Both the position numbers and the translations under genes were made by a program. The notes beneath the pieces are model-generated. The model saw only the letters and a list, made by a program, of their open reading frames with translations. It was not told the origin of the DNA and did not search any database. A stretch of 57,810 nucleotides of DNA from a virus (taxonomy: Duplodnaviria > Caudoviricetes): the IMG/VR virus record IMGVR_UViG_3300007735_000761, positions 1 through 57,810 of that record; one strand, given 5' to 3'. Shown here one piece after another: positions 44,721 through 53,872 of this stretch. The stretch's first letter is position 1. Each line of letters begins with the position of its first letter.

Positions 44721-45635
44721 ATGGCAGTCCCAATGCGTAGTACTGACTTTCGTTCCATTGTTGAGCCTATTCTTAACGAGGCTTTCGATGGCGTTTATGA
44801 CCAGCGTGCTGACGAGTGGAAGCAAGTCTTCGTCCAGCAGCAGGGCATTCCCCGCAACTACCACGAAGAGCCGGTTCTGTACGGGTTCGGCGCTGCTCCG
44901 GAACTTCCGGACGGCACCCCGGTCACGTATCAGGCTGGTGGCGTGCTCTTCTTGCAGCGTTACGTCTACAAGGTCTACGGCCTTGCATTCGCGCTCACGA
45001 AGGTGCTCGTGGAAGATGGTGACCACATCCGTATCGGCCAGACCTACGCGAAGCATCTCGCGCAGTCGCTGATCGAGACGAAGGAAACCCTCTGCGCCAA
45101 CGTCCTGAACCGTGCCTTTACGGCGGGTTACAACGGTGGCGACGGCACCACGCTTGTCGCGACCAACCACCCGCTCGCTGCTGGCACCTTCAGCAACCAG
45201 CTCACGACCCCGGCTGCGCTCTCGCAGACCTCGCTGGAGCAGCTCCTCATTCAGATCCGCAACGCTGTTGACAACAACGGCAAGCGCATCCGTTTGAACC
45301 CGGAGAAGCTCGTCGTGTCGCCGTCGAACGTGTTTCAAGCGGAAGTGCTCCTCAAGAGCGTCCTCCGTACCGGCACGGCTGACAACGACATCAACCCGGT
45401 GAAGTCGATGGGCCTCCTCGCTGGCGGTCAGGCTAACCTGTCGCGTTTGACCTCGACCACCGCTTGGTGGGTGAAGACGGACGCGCCGGAAGGCCTCAAG
45501 CTGATGATGCGTCGTGGCCTTGAGAAGAGCATGGAAGGTGACTTCGAAACCGACTCCACGCGCTTCAAGAGCACCGAGCGTTATGCGGTGGGCTGGACCG
45601 ATCCTCGGACGGTCTATGGAACGCCGGGCGTTTGA
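44721..45635 (+). CDS. Major capsid protein (Mu gpT-like, HK97 fold)
   Basis: AGGAGG SD; strongly biased codon use; DFETD..FK..ERY..GW.DPR..YG.PG C-terminus. Confidence 0.9.
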   Translation: MAVPMRSTDFRSIVEPILNEAFDGVYDQRADEWKQVFVQQQGIPRNYHEEPVLYGFGAAPELPDGTPVTYQAGGVLFLQRYVYKVYGLAFALTKVLVEDGDHIRIGQTYAKHLAQSLIETKETLCANVLNRAFTAGYNGGDGTTLVATNHPLAAGTFSNQLTTPAALSQTSLEQLLIQIRNAVDNNGKRIRLNPEKLVVSPSNVFQAEVLLKSVLRTGTADNDINPVKSMGLLAGGQANLSRLTSTTAWWVKTDAPEGLKLMMRRGLEKSMEGDFETDSTRFKSTERYAVGWTDPRTVYGTPGV

Positions 45636-45692
45636 CGGGGATCAGTCCAAGGTGATAGGGTCAGGTTTTCTGGCTCTATCACTGAGGACAAA

Positions 45693-46373
45693 ATGCCTGT
45701 TAAATGTCATGTCATAGATTGTTCGCGACCCGCTGTAACTAAAGGACTTTGCGATACACATCGTAAAAGACTTGAACGACACGGGCATCTTGACCAAACA
45801 AGGCCGGTAGACTGGGGTAGCCGTGAAAAGCATCCAGCCTACCGGTCTTGGTCAGGGCTTCTTAGATTTCATCGGTTGAACACTTGTTCTGAGTGGATCA
45901 ACGACTTCTGGGCTTTTGCAAATAGCATCCCAGAAAAACCTAGTTCAGAAGCTAAAGCGCAAAGACCAGACCCTAGTAAGCCTTGGGGTCCTGACAATTT
46001 TTATTGGAAAGAACCAAGGTTTAGCACAGAGCACCGGAAAGAAAGAGCCGCATATATGCGTATGTGGTCTAAAACAAATAGATCTGCCAATCCGGATTAC
46101 TTTAAAGACAAGGATTTAAAGAAAAATTACGGCGTCACCCTTGACTGGTACAACCAGCAGCATGCTAAGCAAAATGGCGTTTGCGCTATCTGTAGTCAGC
46201 CAGAAACAACTGTTATTCATGGCAAACAAGTTTCTCTAGCGGTAGACCATTGCCACAACACGGGAAAGGTTCGCGCCTTGCTTTGTACTTCCTGTAACCG
46301 CGCCATCGGCATGCTCAAGCACGACCGGGACCTGCTGAAAAAAGCCATTGCATATCTGGAAACTTACGTCTAG
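45693..46373 (+). CDS. Endonuclease VII-type free-standing homing endonuclease
   Basis: C..C..GLC..H; CAIC; LAVDHCH.TGKVRALLCTSCN; AT-richer than its neighbours. Confidence 0.9.
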   Translation: MPVKCHVIDCSRPAVTKGLCDTHRKRLERHGHLDQTRPVDWGSREKHPAYRSWSGLLRFHRLNTCSEWINDFWAFANSIPEKPSSEAKAQRPDPSKPWGPDNFYWKEPRFSTEHRKERAAYMRMWSKTNRSANPDYFKDKDLKKNYGVTLDWYNQQHAKQNGVCAICSQPETTVIHGKQVSLAVDHCHNTGKVRALLCTSCNRAIGMLKHDRDLLKKAIAYLETYV

Positions 46374-46392
46374 AGTTAGTCTAGGTATAGTT

Positions 46393-46459
46393 CTAGGCAT
46401 TTCCAGCCCATCTGACCGGCCTAGCGGACGATGCACAGACGGATGGGCGACTCGTGCAT
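46393..46459 (+). ncRNA. Double-pseudoknot structured RNA (candidate Mu-gpT-DE motif)
   Basis: Three interleaved helices: 46393-98/46419-24, 46406-14/46440-48, 46431-36/46454-59; downstream of the gpT-like MCP. Confidence 0.6.
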
Positions 46460-46472
46460 GAGGTAATTTGCA

Positions 46473-46715
46473 ATGGCTTCAACAACCTTTACGGGCCCGG
46501 TTAACTCCCTCAACGGATTTTCGGGCACTGTCCTTTCGGTGGCTTCGGCCACGATCACGAATCTCGCCGCTTCGACGCTGACGATTGGCACCACGAAGAT
46601 GACTGGTGCTAACAGCGTTGTGTCGGGCACGGTTTCGGCTCAGCTTGGGTACATGCAGGTTCTGGTCGGTTCGACCACTGCCTACATCGGACTTTACAAG
46701 AGCCTGACGCTGTAA
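46473..46715 (+). CDS. Small head fibre/decoration protein
   Basis: MASTTFTGPV.S.NGF N-terminus, typical after the MCP. Confidence 0.7.
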   Translation: MASTTFTGPVNSLNGFSGTVLSVASATITNLAASTLTIGTTKMTGANSVVSGTVSAQLGYMQVLVGSTTAYIGLYKSLTL

Positions 46716-46719
46716 TGAC

Positions 46720-46746
46720 GAGGGGGGCTTCGGCCCCTCTTTTCTT
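46720..46746 (+). terminator. Intrinsic terminator of the capsid transcript
   Basis: GC-rich stem with cUUCGg loop and U tract. Confidence 0.85.
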
Positions 46747-46768
46747 GTGATTGTGAGGGAAAGCAACC

Positions 46769-47401
46769 ATGCGTCCTATTAGTTTTACAAGATCACAACC
46801 GGCGGCAAGTGCGACTAGCGTAGCGGCGGCTCAGGTCCTTAACACGACTGCCGTTACGATTAACGGAACGCTGGCTTCTGGCGGTGTTGCAACGTACACC
46901 GTGTCGGCATATCCGACCGTTACGGCTGACTCCAACGCGAACGGCAAAACTTTTACGATTGTGGGCACACGCCCCGGTGGTGGTGATCAAACCTCCACTA
47001 TTACTTTTGCCGCAGCTTCTGGCACCGTGACGGGTTCAATTGCATTTGCGACAATCACGGGCGTAACAGCCTCTGCTGCGACGAGCGCCACGATTAGCGT
47101 GGGCAATGCGATCACGGGTTACACCGACTGGATTCCGCTCGACATCTACACCCCAAATCAGGTGACCAACATTTCCGCTAAGACGAGCGGCACGGTCAAC
47201 TATTCGGTGCAGTACACGAACGAAGATCCTTTTGACCGTTCGATCCAGCAGTTGGCGGTGCCGCATCCGAATGGGAGCTTGACCGCAGCCACGGGCGACG
47301 AGACGCAGTTTACGACTACGCTCATGCGTGCCGTGCGTCTGGTTATCAACTCGGGCAGCGGTTCGGTTCGCTTCACTTGCGTCCAGCAGTCCACGCAGTA
47401 A
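46769..47401 (+). CDS. Virion structural protein
   Basis: T/S-rich beta protein; synteny. Confidence 0.65.
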   Translation: MRPISFTRSQPAASATSVAAAQVLNTTAVTINGTLASGGVATYTVSAYPTVTADSNANGKTFTIVGTRPGGGDQTSTITFAAASGTVTGSIAFATITGVTASAATSATISVGNAITGYTDWIPLDIYTPNQVTNISAKTSGTVNYSVQYTNEDPFDRSIQQLAVPHPNGSLTAATGDETQFTTTLMRAVRLVINSGSGSVRFTCVQQSTQ

Positions 47402-47404
47402 GCC

Positions 47405-48109
47405 ATGGCTAACGTCAAGATCACTGATCTTTCTGCGGGGACTGCGCTGGGCGGGACGGAACTTTTTGAGTCTGTTCAAAGCTCAACGTCGGTCAAGCTT
47501 ACGGCTGCGCAGATCAAGACGTTTACTAATGGCTCCGTAACTATTTCTGGCGGAACGATTAGTTCCGTCACAATTAGTAATTCAACGGGTAGTTTTAGCT
47601 CGTTGAACGTGACTGCGGGTGCGATTCCGCTGACGACAATTACGGGTATTAGTTATGCGCAGCTAACGTCTACCCGTGACCAGACTGCTGTGTCTGCTAA
47701 CGTCGCGTATGCGGTGTCTTTTGATACGGCATCGTCTTGGAATTCTGGAATTACAACCGCTTCAAGTACAAACATTACGTTTGCGACCGCTGGCGTGTAT
47801 TTGTGCTCCATGAATTTCCAGTTGAAAAACACCAACACTTCTAACCATACGGTTACGATTTGGTATCAAAAGAACGGTGTTAATGCCGCAAATAGTGGAT
47901 CAACAATTAGCGTTCCAAAAGCAACCGATGGCGGCGTTACGGTGTTTGAGTTGACTTTCCAAGAGCAAGTTACGGCAGGTCAGTATTTGACGTTGTATTG
48001 GTCAACAGATAATACGGCTGTTTCTTTGGATTACACTGCTGCATCTGCGGGACCGCCTAACGTGCCTGCTATTCCATCCATCATTTTCACTGCTCACAGG
48101 GTTTTCTAA
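47405..48109 (+). CDS. Fibre protein with KITDL N-terminus and C1q/BclA-like C-terminal domain
   Basis: MANVKITDL; ITF.TAGVY..NFQL..W..KNG..P.IPS.I. Confidence 0.65.
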   Translation: MANVKITDLSAGTALGGTELFESVQSSTSVKLTAAQIKTFTNGSVTISGGTISSVTISNSTGSFSSLNVTAGAIPLTTITGISYAQLTSTRDQTAVSANVAYAVSFDTASSWNSGITTASSTNITFATAGVYLCSMNFQLKNTNTSNHTVTIWYQKNGVNAANSGSTISVPKATDGGVTVFELTFQEQVTAGQYLTLYWSTDNTAVSLDYTAASAGPPNVPAIPSIIFTAHRVF

Positions 48110-48417
48110 TGAAAGTGCGCGGTGACTGGTCAGAGTGGCAGCAGTACGCCAAGGGCGGCGGGGCTTGGACTCGCGCTGAAGGCAAGGACCCCTCTGGCGG
48201 GCTCAATGAAAAGGGCCGCGCTTCGCTTCGCGCACAGGGGCAGAACATTAAACGTCCGGTGTCGTCTAAAGAAGCCAAGCGTAGCCCGAAGGCAGCGGCA
48301 CGGCGTAAATCATTTTGTGCGCGGATGTCGGGGATGAAGAAGCGTCTTACGAGTGCAGAAACGGCTCGCGATCCCGATAGTCGTATTAACAAAGCTCTTC
48401 GCAAGTGGGATTGTTAA
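48109..48417 (+). CDS. Small basic protein (DUF6321-like) with YAKGG
   Basis: W.R.EGK.PSGGLN.KGR..RRKSFCARMSG..SRINKALRKW.C. Confidence 0.8.
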   Translation: MKVRGDWSEWQQYAKGGGAWTRAEGKDPSGGLNEKGRASLRAQGQNIKRPVSSKEAKRSPKAAARRKSFCARMSGMKKRLTSAETARDPDSRINKALRKWDC

Positions 48418-48418
48418 C

Positions 48419-48559
48419 ATGAAAAAGAAGTCCGCTGCTCGTAAACCGATGGCAAAAGCCATTAGCTGGCAAGACCGGCTGTGGATTAGATTGACTGTGC
48501 TCAAGGCGAAGCTGAACAGCTTCTGGTTTAATTTGAGAGGAAAATTCAATGGCCGTTAA
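48419..48559 (+). CDS. Hypothetical small basic protein
   Basis: Fills the gap between flanking genes; weak SD. Confidence 0.4.
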   Translation: MKKKSAARKPMAKAISWQDRLWIRLTVLKAKLNSFWFNLRGKFNGR

Positions 48560-49250
48560 GTACGTCAAAGACTTTTCGTTCCCGGCTTCGGGCGGCTTTC
48601 ACGGCGATGTTCAGCGTTTCGCCAAGGGCGGTCATGTGACCAAGGTGCCTGCAAAGGCCAAGGCGTCCGCCAAGGATATGCCTGCTCGTGCGAAGCCGAA
48701 TGCTCCGGCGAAGGGCGCTTCGAAGATGAAGTCGGAGCCCAAGATGGGTAAGGGGCAGGGTTACGCTGAAGGTGGCCGCGTTCCGGGCTACGACATGGAT
48801 CGTTTGCCTGCCAAGAAGCCGCCGGGACGCACGATGGATTTGGCTCCGTCGAAGCCGGAAAAGGGCATGTATGAAGGCTACGCCAAGGGCGGCAAAGTCG
48901 CCAAGGTCATGCGCGAGTACAAGGAAGGCAAGCTGCATTCGGGCTCCAAGAAGGGTCCGCTTGTAAAGAACCGCGAGCAGGCGGTTGCAATTGCGCTGTC
49001 TGAGGCTCGCAAGGCCGGTGCCAAGATCCCGAAGAAGGCCGAGGGTGGCATTTTCACCGATGAGGCCATGGCCTATCAGTCAAAGGGCCCGAAGACTCGT
49101 TACACCCCGGCTAAGGGGCGTCGTGAAGCGCGTGAGCGTGCTATGGAGCGCCGTGCTCGCGAAGCCATGGAGCGTGCTGAGAAGTTTGCTCCGGGCATGA
49201 GTTTGGATATGCCGGATCGTCGCAGTAAGGGCGGTATGCCACGGCGGTAA
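48549..49250 (+). CDS. Basic internal protein with AxGG repeats and a DUF6496-like segment
   Basis: FAKGG, YAEGG, YAKGG, KAEGG; KVMREYKEGKLHSGS..QAVAIALSEARK. Confidence 0.75.
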   Translation: MAVKYVKDFSFPASGGFHGDVQRFAKGGHVTKVPAKAKASAKDMPARAKPNAPAKGASKMKSEPKMGKGQGYAEGGRVPGYDMDRLPAKKPPGRTMDLAPSKPEKGMYEGYAKGGKVAKVMREYKEGKLHSGSKKGPLVKNREQAVAIALSEARKAGAKIPKKAEGGIFTDEAMAYQSKGPKTRYTPAKGRREARERAMERRAREAMERAEKFAPGMSLDMPDRRSKGGMPRR

Positions 49251-49251
49251 G

Positions 49252-49260
49252 TGATAAAAT
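49252..49260 (+). promoter_or_regulatory. Extended -10 promoter TGaTAAAAT
   Basis: Intergenic, upstream of 49322. Confidence 0.55.
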
Positions 49261-49321
49261 AGATTTATCCGGTCATTAGGGTCTGCTCGGTGCAGTAGAC
49301 CAAGGCGCAAGAGGGACCCTG

Positions 49322-50317
49322 ATGGCAACTTCCGGTACAGTCTCGACAACGCAATTTACGACGAGGCAGGTCATTGACCATGCCTTCAGGCGCTGTCGTT
49401 TGGGTGCGCAGCAGATCACCTCTGAGATGATCAATGTTGCCAACGACCAGCTTTACCTGATCCTGTCTGACCTTGCGAACCGTGGCGTTCAGCTCTGGTG
49501 TATTGAGCGATTGGTGATGCCACTTTATGAGGGGCAGGGTGCGGTGACGCTGCCTCTGGGCACCGTTGATGTGCTCAATACCAATTTGCGCACGTTGCAG
49601 GAAGCGACGGGCACCACGGCTACGACATCGACGACTTATCAAAACTACAACGTAGACGGCTTGACGGTGACGACTGTGGGCGTTTTGTGGTCAGCCGCAG
49701 CCCAACCGTTTGTAGTTGAGATGTCCAACGATGGCATTACGTGGACGAACGTGCCGCTTTCTAGTTACGTCAGTAATCCTGATGCAGCCGCCGGTGAATG
49801 GACTTGGGTAGATACTGAAGTCCCCGAGTCTGCGGATTACTTTCGAGTACGGGTGACGAGCGGAACGCTTTCGTATTCTCAGGTTTTTTTCGGTAACACG
49901 CCAAATGAAATCCCGATTGCGCGATTGAACCGAGACGACTGGACGGCGCTACCTAACAAGTCTTTTGAGGGTCGCCCGTTGCAGTTTTGGTTTGACCGTC
50001 AGCGCGATCAGCCTGTGATGCGGCTTTGGCCAATTCCAAATGCGGCTGCGGAGACACAAACGATTGTGCTGTGGCGGCATCGTTACATTCAGGACGTTGG
50101 GACCATGACGCAGGAGCTTGACGTTCCTCAGCGTTGGTTCAATGCGATTGTAGCGTTGCTGGCAAGCAAACTTGCGGATGAGACTCCGGAGGTTGATGCG
50201 CAGTTGATGCCAATTTTGGAAGTCAAGGCTGAGAAGGCGCTGGCTCAAGCGGAGAACGAAGAGCGCGACAACTCGCCCATTTACTGGACTCCGAATCTTA
50301 ATCCGTACACACGATGA
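49322..50317 (+). CDS. Head-tail adaptor/neck protein with an inserted beta domain
   Basis: MATSGT..A..RC..L..LANRG..LW; Y/W.ALPNK..GRP.QFW.DRQ..LWP.P. Confidence 0.75.
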   Translation: MATSGTVSTTQFTTRQVIDHAFRRCRLGAQQITSEMINVANDQLYLILSDLANRGVQLWCIERLVMPLYEGQGAVTLPLGTVDVLNTNLRTLQEATGTTATTSTTYQNYNVDGLTVTTVGVLWSAAAQPFVVEMSNDGITWTNVPLSSYVSNPDAAAGEWTWVDTEVPESADYFRVRVTSGTLSYSQVFFGNTPNEIPIARLNRDDWTALPNKSFEGRPLQFWFDRQRDQPVMRLWPIPNAAAETQTIVLWRHRYIQDVGTMTQELDVPQRWFNAIVALLASKLADETPEVDAQLMPILEVKAEKALAQAENEERDNSPIYWTPNLNPYTR

Positions 50318-50628
50318 GTTTGTTTCTTGACACTCGTGGTCAGCCTTATGCAGCGGTTGCAATTTGTGATCGTTGCAGTCGGAAATTTCCGTTGGCTGAG
50401 TTGATGCCGGATCGAAACTATCCGGGGCTACGAGTATGCCGAGAAGATTTGGATGATTTGGACCCGTATCGTTTGCCTGCGCGTCAGACAGAGCGAATTA
50501 CTCTGCCGTTTGTGCGCCCGGACGTTCCGTTGTCTTCACAGCCGTATGGTGTAATTAGTGAAGACGGCAACACGTTTTTGGTTAACGAGCAAGATGACGA
50601 TTACCTTGAGCCGGAGCAGCCCCTGTAA
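50314..50628 (+). CDS. Small Cys-containing virion protein
   Basis: AICDRC..GLRVC..D..DP..RPD; C-terminal ISEDG. Confidence 0.7.
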   Translation: MSLFLDTRGQPYAAVAICDRCSRKFPLAELMPDRNYPGLRVCREDLDDLDPYRLPARQTERITLPFVRPDVPLSSQPYGVISEDGNTFLVNEQDDDYLEPEQPL

Positions 50629-53270
50629 TGGCCAACGTACCTAGTAATTTAATTCCAAGCAGAATCACGCAGCTTCCCGAAGCTCCGGTTGCGGACCCGG
50701 CTGGCTATTTCCCGATTGTTATTTCGGGCACGACCTATAAGGTCCAGTTCAGTCAGATTCAGGGCAACGTCGAGGTCCCGGCTTCGCGACAAATTATTGC
50801 GGGCACGGGGCTGACGGGCGGCGGAACGCTTTCGCAAAACATCACGATTGCAGTCGCCAACGGCGGGATCGGCAACGATCAGCTTGATACAACGGGCGTG
50901 GCTGCGGGATCGTATGGCACCGGTAGCGACATTCCTGTAGTTACAGTTAACTCCAAGGGCCGCGTCACGAGCGTTAGCACAACGCCGGTAGTTGTGAGCG
51001 GATATGTATCCGACACCATTCAGGTTGTAGCGGGTACAGGACTTGCGGGTGGCGGCACGCTGTCGCAAAACCGCACGCTGTCTATTGATTACGCGGCTAC
51101 GACGCCATCTTCTTTGGGCACTGCGTCGGCAGGATCGGCAGCGACTCCTGCTCGGATAGATCACGTTCACCCAGCGCTTAATTTAAGCGATAGCACTCAA
51201 ACGAGTGGCGTGTTGCCGATGGGCCGTGGTGGTACTGGCGCAAATTTGTCGCCGGTTGCGGGTGCGGTAGTCCTAACCAATGGCAGCAACTTTGAGCTGA
51301 GCAATGTCGGTAACGCGGGACAGGTATTTATCTCAAACGGTGCATCTGCTCCGGATTGGGGTAATGCTTCGTCTTTGACGGTTGATGCCGCAAGCAGATT
51401 GCTAGGTGGCGCTGCTAATCGGGTTGTTTATCAGTCTGCTACTAATCAAACCAGTTTTGTTATTGCGCCGAGCGTGTCAGATACCTTCCTTAAATGGAAT
51501 GGAACGTCTTTTGAGTGGGCTGTTACTCCGGGCGCTGGCACGGTTACAAGCGTTGATGGATCTGGAGGCTCAACGGGCCTTACGCTAAGCGGTGGTCCTA
51601 TTACGTTGGCTGGCACGCTAACGCTTGGTGGAACACTGGCAATTGGTGCAGGAGGCACGGGTCTTTCGGCTGCGGCAACTAATGGGCAGTTGCTGATTGG
51701 CAATGGAAATGGTTACACGCTCGCGACTCTTACAGCGGGCACGGCAATTTCTGTCACGAATGCGACTGGCAGCATTACGCTGGCCAATACGGCTCCGGAT
51801 CAAACGGTTGTTATAACCGGCAGCACCGCTATTAGCATTGCTGGGACGTATCCAAGCTTTACGGTAACCAATACTGCTCCCGATCAGACCGTTGTTATAA
51901 GTGGCAGCACAGCCATTAGCATTTCGGGTACGTACCCAAGCTTTACGGTAACCAATACTGCTCCTGATCAAACGGTCACGGTAACGAGCGGCACTAACAT
52001 CAGTGTCAGCGGCACGTATCCAAGCTTTACTGTTTCTTCGCCCAATACCGTTGTAGGCCCTGCCGGAGCCACGAGTGGCGCGATTGCGCTTTATGACGGC
52101 GGCACTGGCAAGTTGATCAAGAACTCGGCCATTACGATCAATGCGTCTGGCGTCATCAGCAACGTCAATACGCCTAATGCGGCAACCGACGCGGCTAACA
52201 AGCAATACGTAGACGATCTGGTTAGTTCCGGCATTCACATTCATACGCCGGTTGTGCTGGCAACTTCGCCGGGATCTTCGCGTACCGACACGTACAACAA
52301 CGGTACGGCGGGTGTTAGCGCCACGCTGACTTCAGTGGCTAACGGCACGCTGGTCATCGACGGCACGGTCGCTTCTGCAACGATCCGCGTGCTGATCCAA
52401 GACTGCTCTAACCCGATTGGCAACGGCATATATGTCGTCACCAACGCGGGTAGCGCCAGTGCTCAGTACGTAATGACGCGATCTTCGGACGCGGATACGG
52501 CGGGTCAGCAGTCTACTCAGTCGCTTGACGACGGAAGCTACTTCTTCACGACCGGCGGTACGAGCAACAAGGGTGCCTCTTGGGTTAATACCAATACGGG
52601 CAACATTAGCTTTGGCTCGACGGCGATTACGTTCTCGCAGTTCAGCGCCTCGCAGGTGTACTCGGCGGGAAATGGACTTAGCCTGACTAATACGGTGTTC
52701 TCGCTTGAGACCCCGGTTAGCGTGCTAAATGGTGGCACGGGACGTTCTTCGGCTCCGACCAATGGTCAGTTGCTGATTGGTAATGGTGCGGGGTACACCC
52801 TTGCGGGGCTGACGGCAGGCACCGGAGTTTCGGTCACCAACGCCACTGGGTCGATTACGCTTGCGAATACCGCACCGGATCAAACGGTCATTATTACGGG
52901 TAGCGGAATTGTCAGCGTTACCGGCACTTATCCTAGCTTTACGGTAGGGGCGGTCGAAACATATAGCGGTACGGTCACCAGCGTTGATGGTTCCAGCACA
53001 GTCAGCGGATTCACGCTTTCTGGCGGACCCATTACGTCTTCGGGAAGATTGACTCTTGCCGGAACACTTGGGATTAGCTCGGGTGGTACCGGACTTAGTG
53101 GGACCCCCACAAACGGACAACTGTTAATCGGTAACGGGTCTGGATATACCCTTGCCACTCTGACGCAAGGATCTGGCGTGACGATTACCTCTGGAACCGG
53201 TAGCATTACAATTGCTGCCACAGGTGGTGGCGGGGGTAGTAACGCATACGCTTGGTTCATTGCGGCTTAG
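50628..53270 (+). CDS. Long tail fibre protein with internal repeats
   Basis: AGTGL.GGG.LS repeats; TNGQLLIGNG x3; NTAPDQTV..GTYPSFTV x4; DAANKQYVD. Confidence 0.85.
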   Translation: MANVPSNLIPSRITQLPEAPVADPAGYFPIVISGTTYKVQFSQIQGNVEVPASRQIIAGTGLTGGGTLSQNITIAVANGGIGNDQLDTTGVAAGSYGTGSDIPVVTVNSKGRVTSVSTTPVVVSGYVSDTIQVVAGTGLAGGGTLSQNRTLSIDYAATTPSSLGTASAGSAATPARIDHVHPALNLSDSTQTSGVLPMGRGGTGANLSPVAGAVVLTNGSNFELSNVGNAGQVFISNGASAPDWGNASSLTVDAASRLLGGAANRVVYQSATNQTSFVIAPSVSDTFLKWNGTSFEWAVTPGAGTVTSVDGSGGSTGLTLSGGPITLAGTLTLGGTLAIGAGGTGLSAAATNGQLLIGNGNGYTLATLTAGTAISVTNATGSITLANTAPDQTVVITGSTAISIAGTYPSFTVTNTAPDQTVVISGSTAISISGTYPSFTVTNTAPDQTVTVTSGTNISVSGTYPSFTVSSPNTVVGPAGATSGAIALYDGGTGKLIKNSAITINASGVISNVNTPNAATDAANKQYVDDLVSSGIHIHTPVVLATSPGSSRTDTYNNGTAGVSATLTSVANGTLVIDGTVASATIRVLIQDCSNPIGNGIYVVTNAGSASAQYVMTRSSDADTAGQQSTQSLDDGSYFFTTGGTSNKGASWVNTNTGNISFGSTAITFSQFSASQVYSAGNGLSLTNTVFSLETPVSVLNGGTGRSSAPTNGQLLIGNGAGYTLAGLTAGTGVSVTNATGSITLANTAPDQTVIITGSGIVSVTGTYPSFTVGAVETYSGTVTSVDGSSTVSGFTLSGGPITSSGRLTLAGTLGISSGGTGLSGTPTNGQLLIGNGSGYTLATLTQGSGVTITSGTGSITIAATGGGGGSNAYAWFIAA

Positions 53271-53281
53271 GAGCGACTTAA

Positions 53282-53872
53282 ATGTCAATGTTTATTCTTA
53301 ACGCAACGACCAAGAGTATTGTTGCCACGATGTCTGGGGCGGCGGCAACGACCAACCCTGACTTTACGGCGGCTTGGGCGGATAACGACGGAACCACCTT
53401 TACCGAAGGATCTTCGGACGGCGCGCTTAATGGCACGAGTCAGGTCACGGTAGTTGCCGCTCCGGCGGCTAGCACCCGTCGCACCATCAAGTCTATTACT
53501 ATTGAGAATCGCGACACGGCAGCGGTCACGGTCACGCTGAGTTACAACAACAATAGTACTTTAAGAACTATTGCGGTTGTGACCCTTGCGGTGGGTGATA
53601 CGTGGACGTTAAACGGGACGTTTGATACCGCCGGGGCGCTCAAACAGACCCTTGGCACGGTTAACCTTGCCACTCAAGTAACGGGCACATTGCCGGTTGC
53701 AAACGGCGGTACGGGGTCTGGCACAGCAGCCGGTGCTCGGACAAACTTGGGTCTTGGTACAATGGCTGTACAGGACGCTAGCAGCGTTGTCATTACTGGC
53801 GGGTCGATTGGAAGCAGCGTTCTGGTGAACCTGACCAATTCCACCGGAAACATTAGCGGAGGCACCTACTAA
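53282..53872 (+). CDS. Tail fibre-associated protein
   Basis: GTLPVANGGTG..ARTNLGLG; C-terminal GGTY. Confidence 0.7.
   Translation: MSMFILNATTKSIVATMSGAAATTNPDFTAAWADNDGTTFTEGSSDGALNGTSQVTVVAAPAASTRRTIKSITIENRDTAAVTVTLSYNNNSTLRTIAVVTLAVGDTWTLNGTFDTAGALKQTLGTVNLATQVTGTLPVANGGTGSGTAAGARTNLGLGTMAVQDASSVVITGGSIGSSVLVNLTNSTGNISGGTY

Noticed and set aside
46393-46459. Hammerhead ribozyme or ZTP riboswitch
   Set aside because: CUGA is not followed by NGA..GAAA, and the ZTP 3' element is absent
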